The position numbers were made by a program, and so were the translations under genes. From NCBI GenBank assembly GCA_963716255.1, contig OY970303.1:3552001-3616000 (forward strand): DNA of 64,000 nt. The letters run 5' to 3'. Positions 63,795 to 64,000 of the stretch are shown piece after piece. The first letter of the stretch is position 1. Each line of letters starts with the position of its first letter. The notes under the pieces were generated by a model. It saw nothing but the letters and a program-made list of their open reading frames with translations. It had not been told where the DNA came from and ran no database searches. Source of the stretch: an uncultured Gemmatimonadales bacterium. Lineage in GTDB: Bacteria; Gemmatimonadota; Gemmatimonadetes; Longimicrobiales; Longimicrobiaceae.

Positions 63795-64000
63795 CGGGGT
63801 TCCTCCAGGGCTCCGCGGTCGTGGTCTCGGTGGACGGCGGGCATTCGGCGCCCCCGTCCCGGTGCACTACGCGGCCCGCGCGGCACGGGTTTCACCCGCG
63901 GGCGTGACCCGCCCGTCCCCGCCGCCGTCTCTGCCCTGCGCGGCGTCCGCCGCCCACCGCCACGCCCACCCCCGGCCCCGCCATGACCCTGCGCCTCCGC

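Noticed and set aside
63983..64000. ATG ACC CTG... possible gene start at the window end
   Set aside because: Only six codons are visible, so it cannot be supported.

Overview
This is a very GC-rich bacterial window. Gene content suggests a Gemmatimonadota (Longimicrobium-like) diderm, which is an inference. I found no rRNA, tRNA or CRISPR array. From left to right it contains: (1) the end of a lower-GC defence-like island (partial GHKL ATPase, DUF262-DUF1524/GmrSD-like protein) and two orphan antitoxins; (2) housekeeping genes (infA, a cold-shock protein, M14/M3/M23 peptidases, rmuC, ppk1), a complete IS5-family element and a 296-bp IS481-like MITE; (3) two paralogous secreted peptides with the CS-alpha-beta defensin cysteine signature; (4) a ~16-kb minus-strand RiPP cluster (29416-45550) with sigma-54-type promoters. 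The cluster encodes a radical SAM/SPASM maturase, three intact double-glycine precursors of two chemistries (Cys/aromatic and Trp-at-position-5), one decayed precursor, a putative prenyltransferase-like tailoring protein, a full NHLM export set (TolC, HlyD, C39-ABC, ABC), a solute-binding lipoprotein, an HExxH protein and a sigma-54 activator; (5) a collagen-like PEP-CTERM protein; (6) an Actinobacteria-like FHA/PBP/RodA/PP2C/FHA/2x Ser-Thr kinase cluster. Intergenic DNA carries nine copies of a ~125-130-nt structured repeat with compensatory stem changes. A second triple-hairpin element lies beside each defensin-like gene, and the two repeat families share one hairpin module. All functional calls come from reading motifs by eye; no database searches were run.
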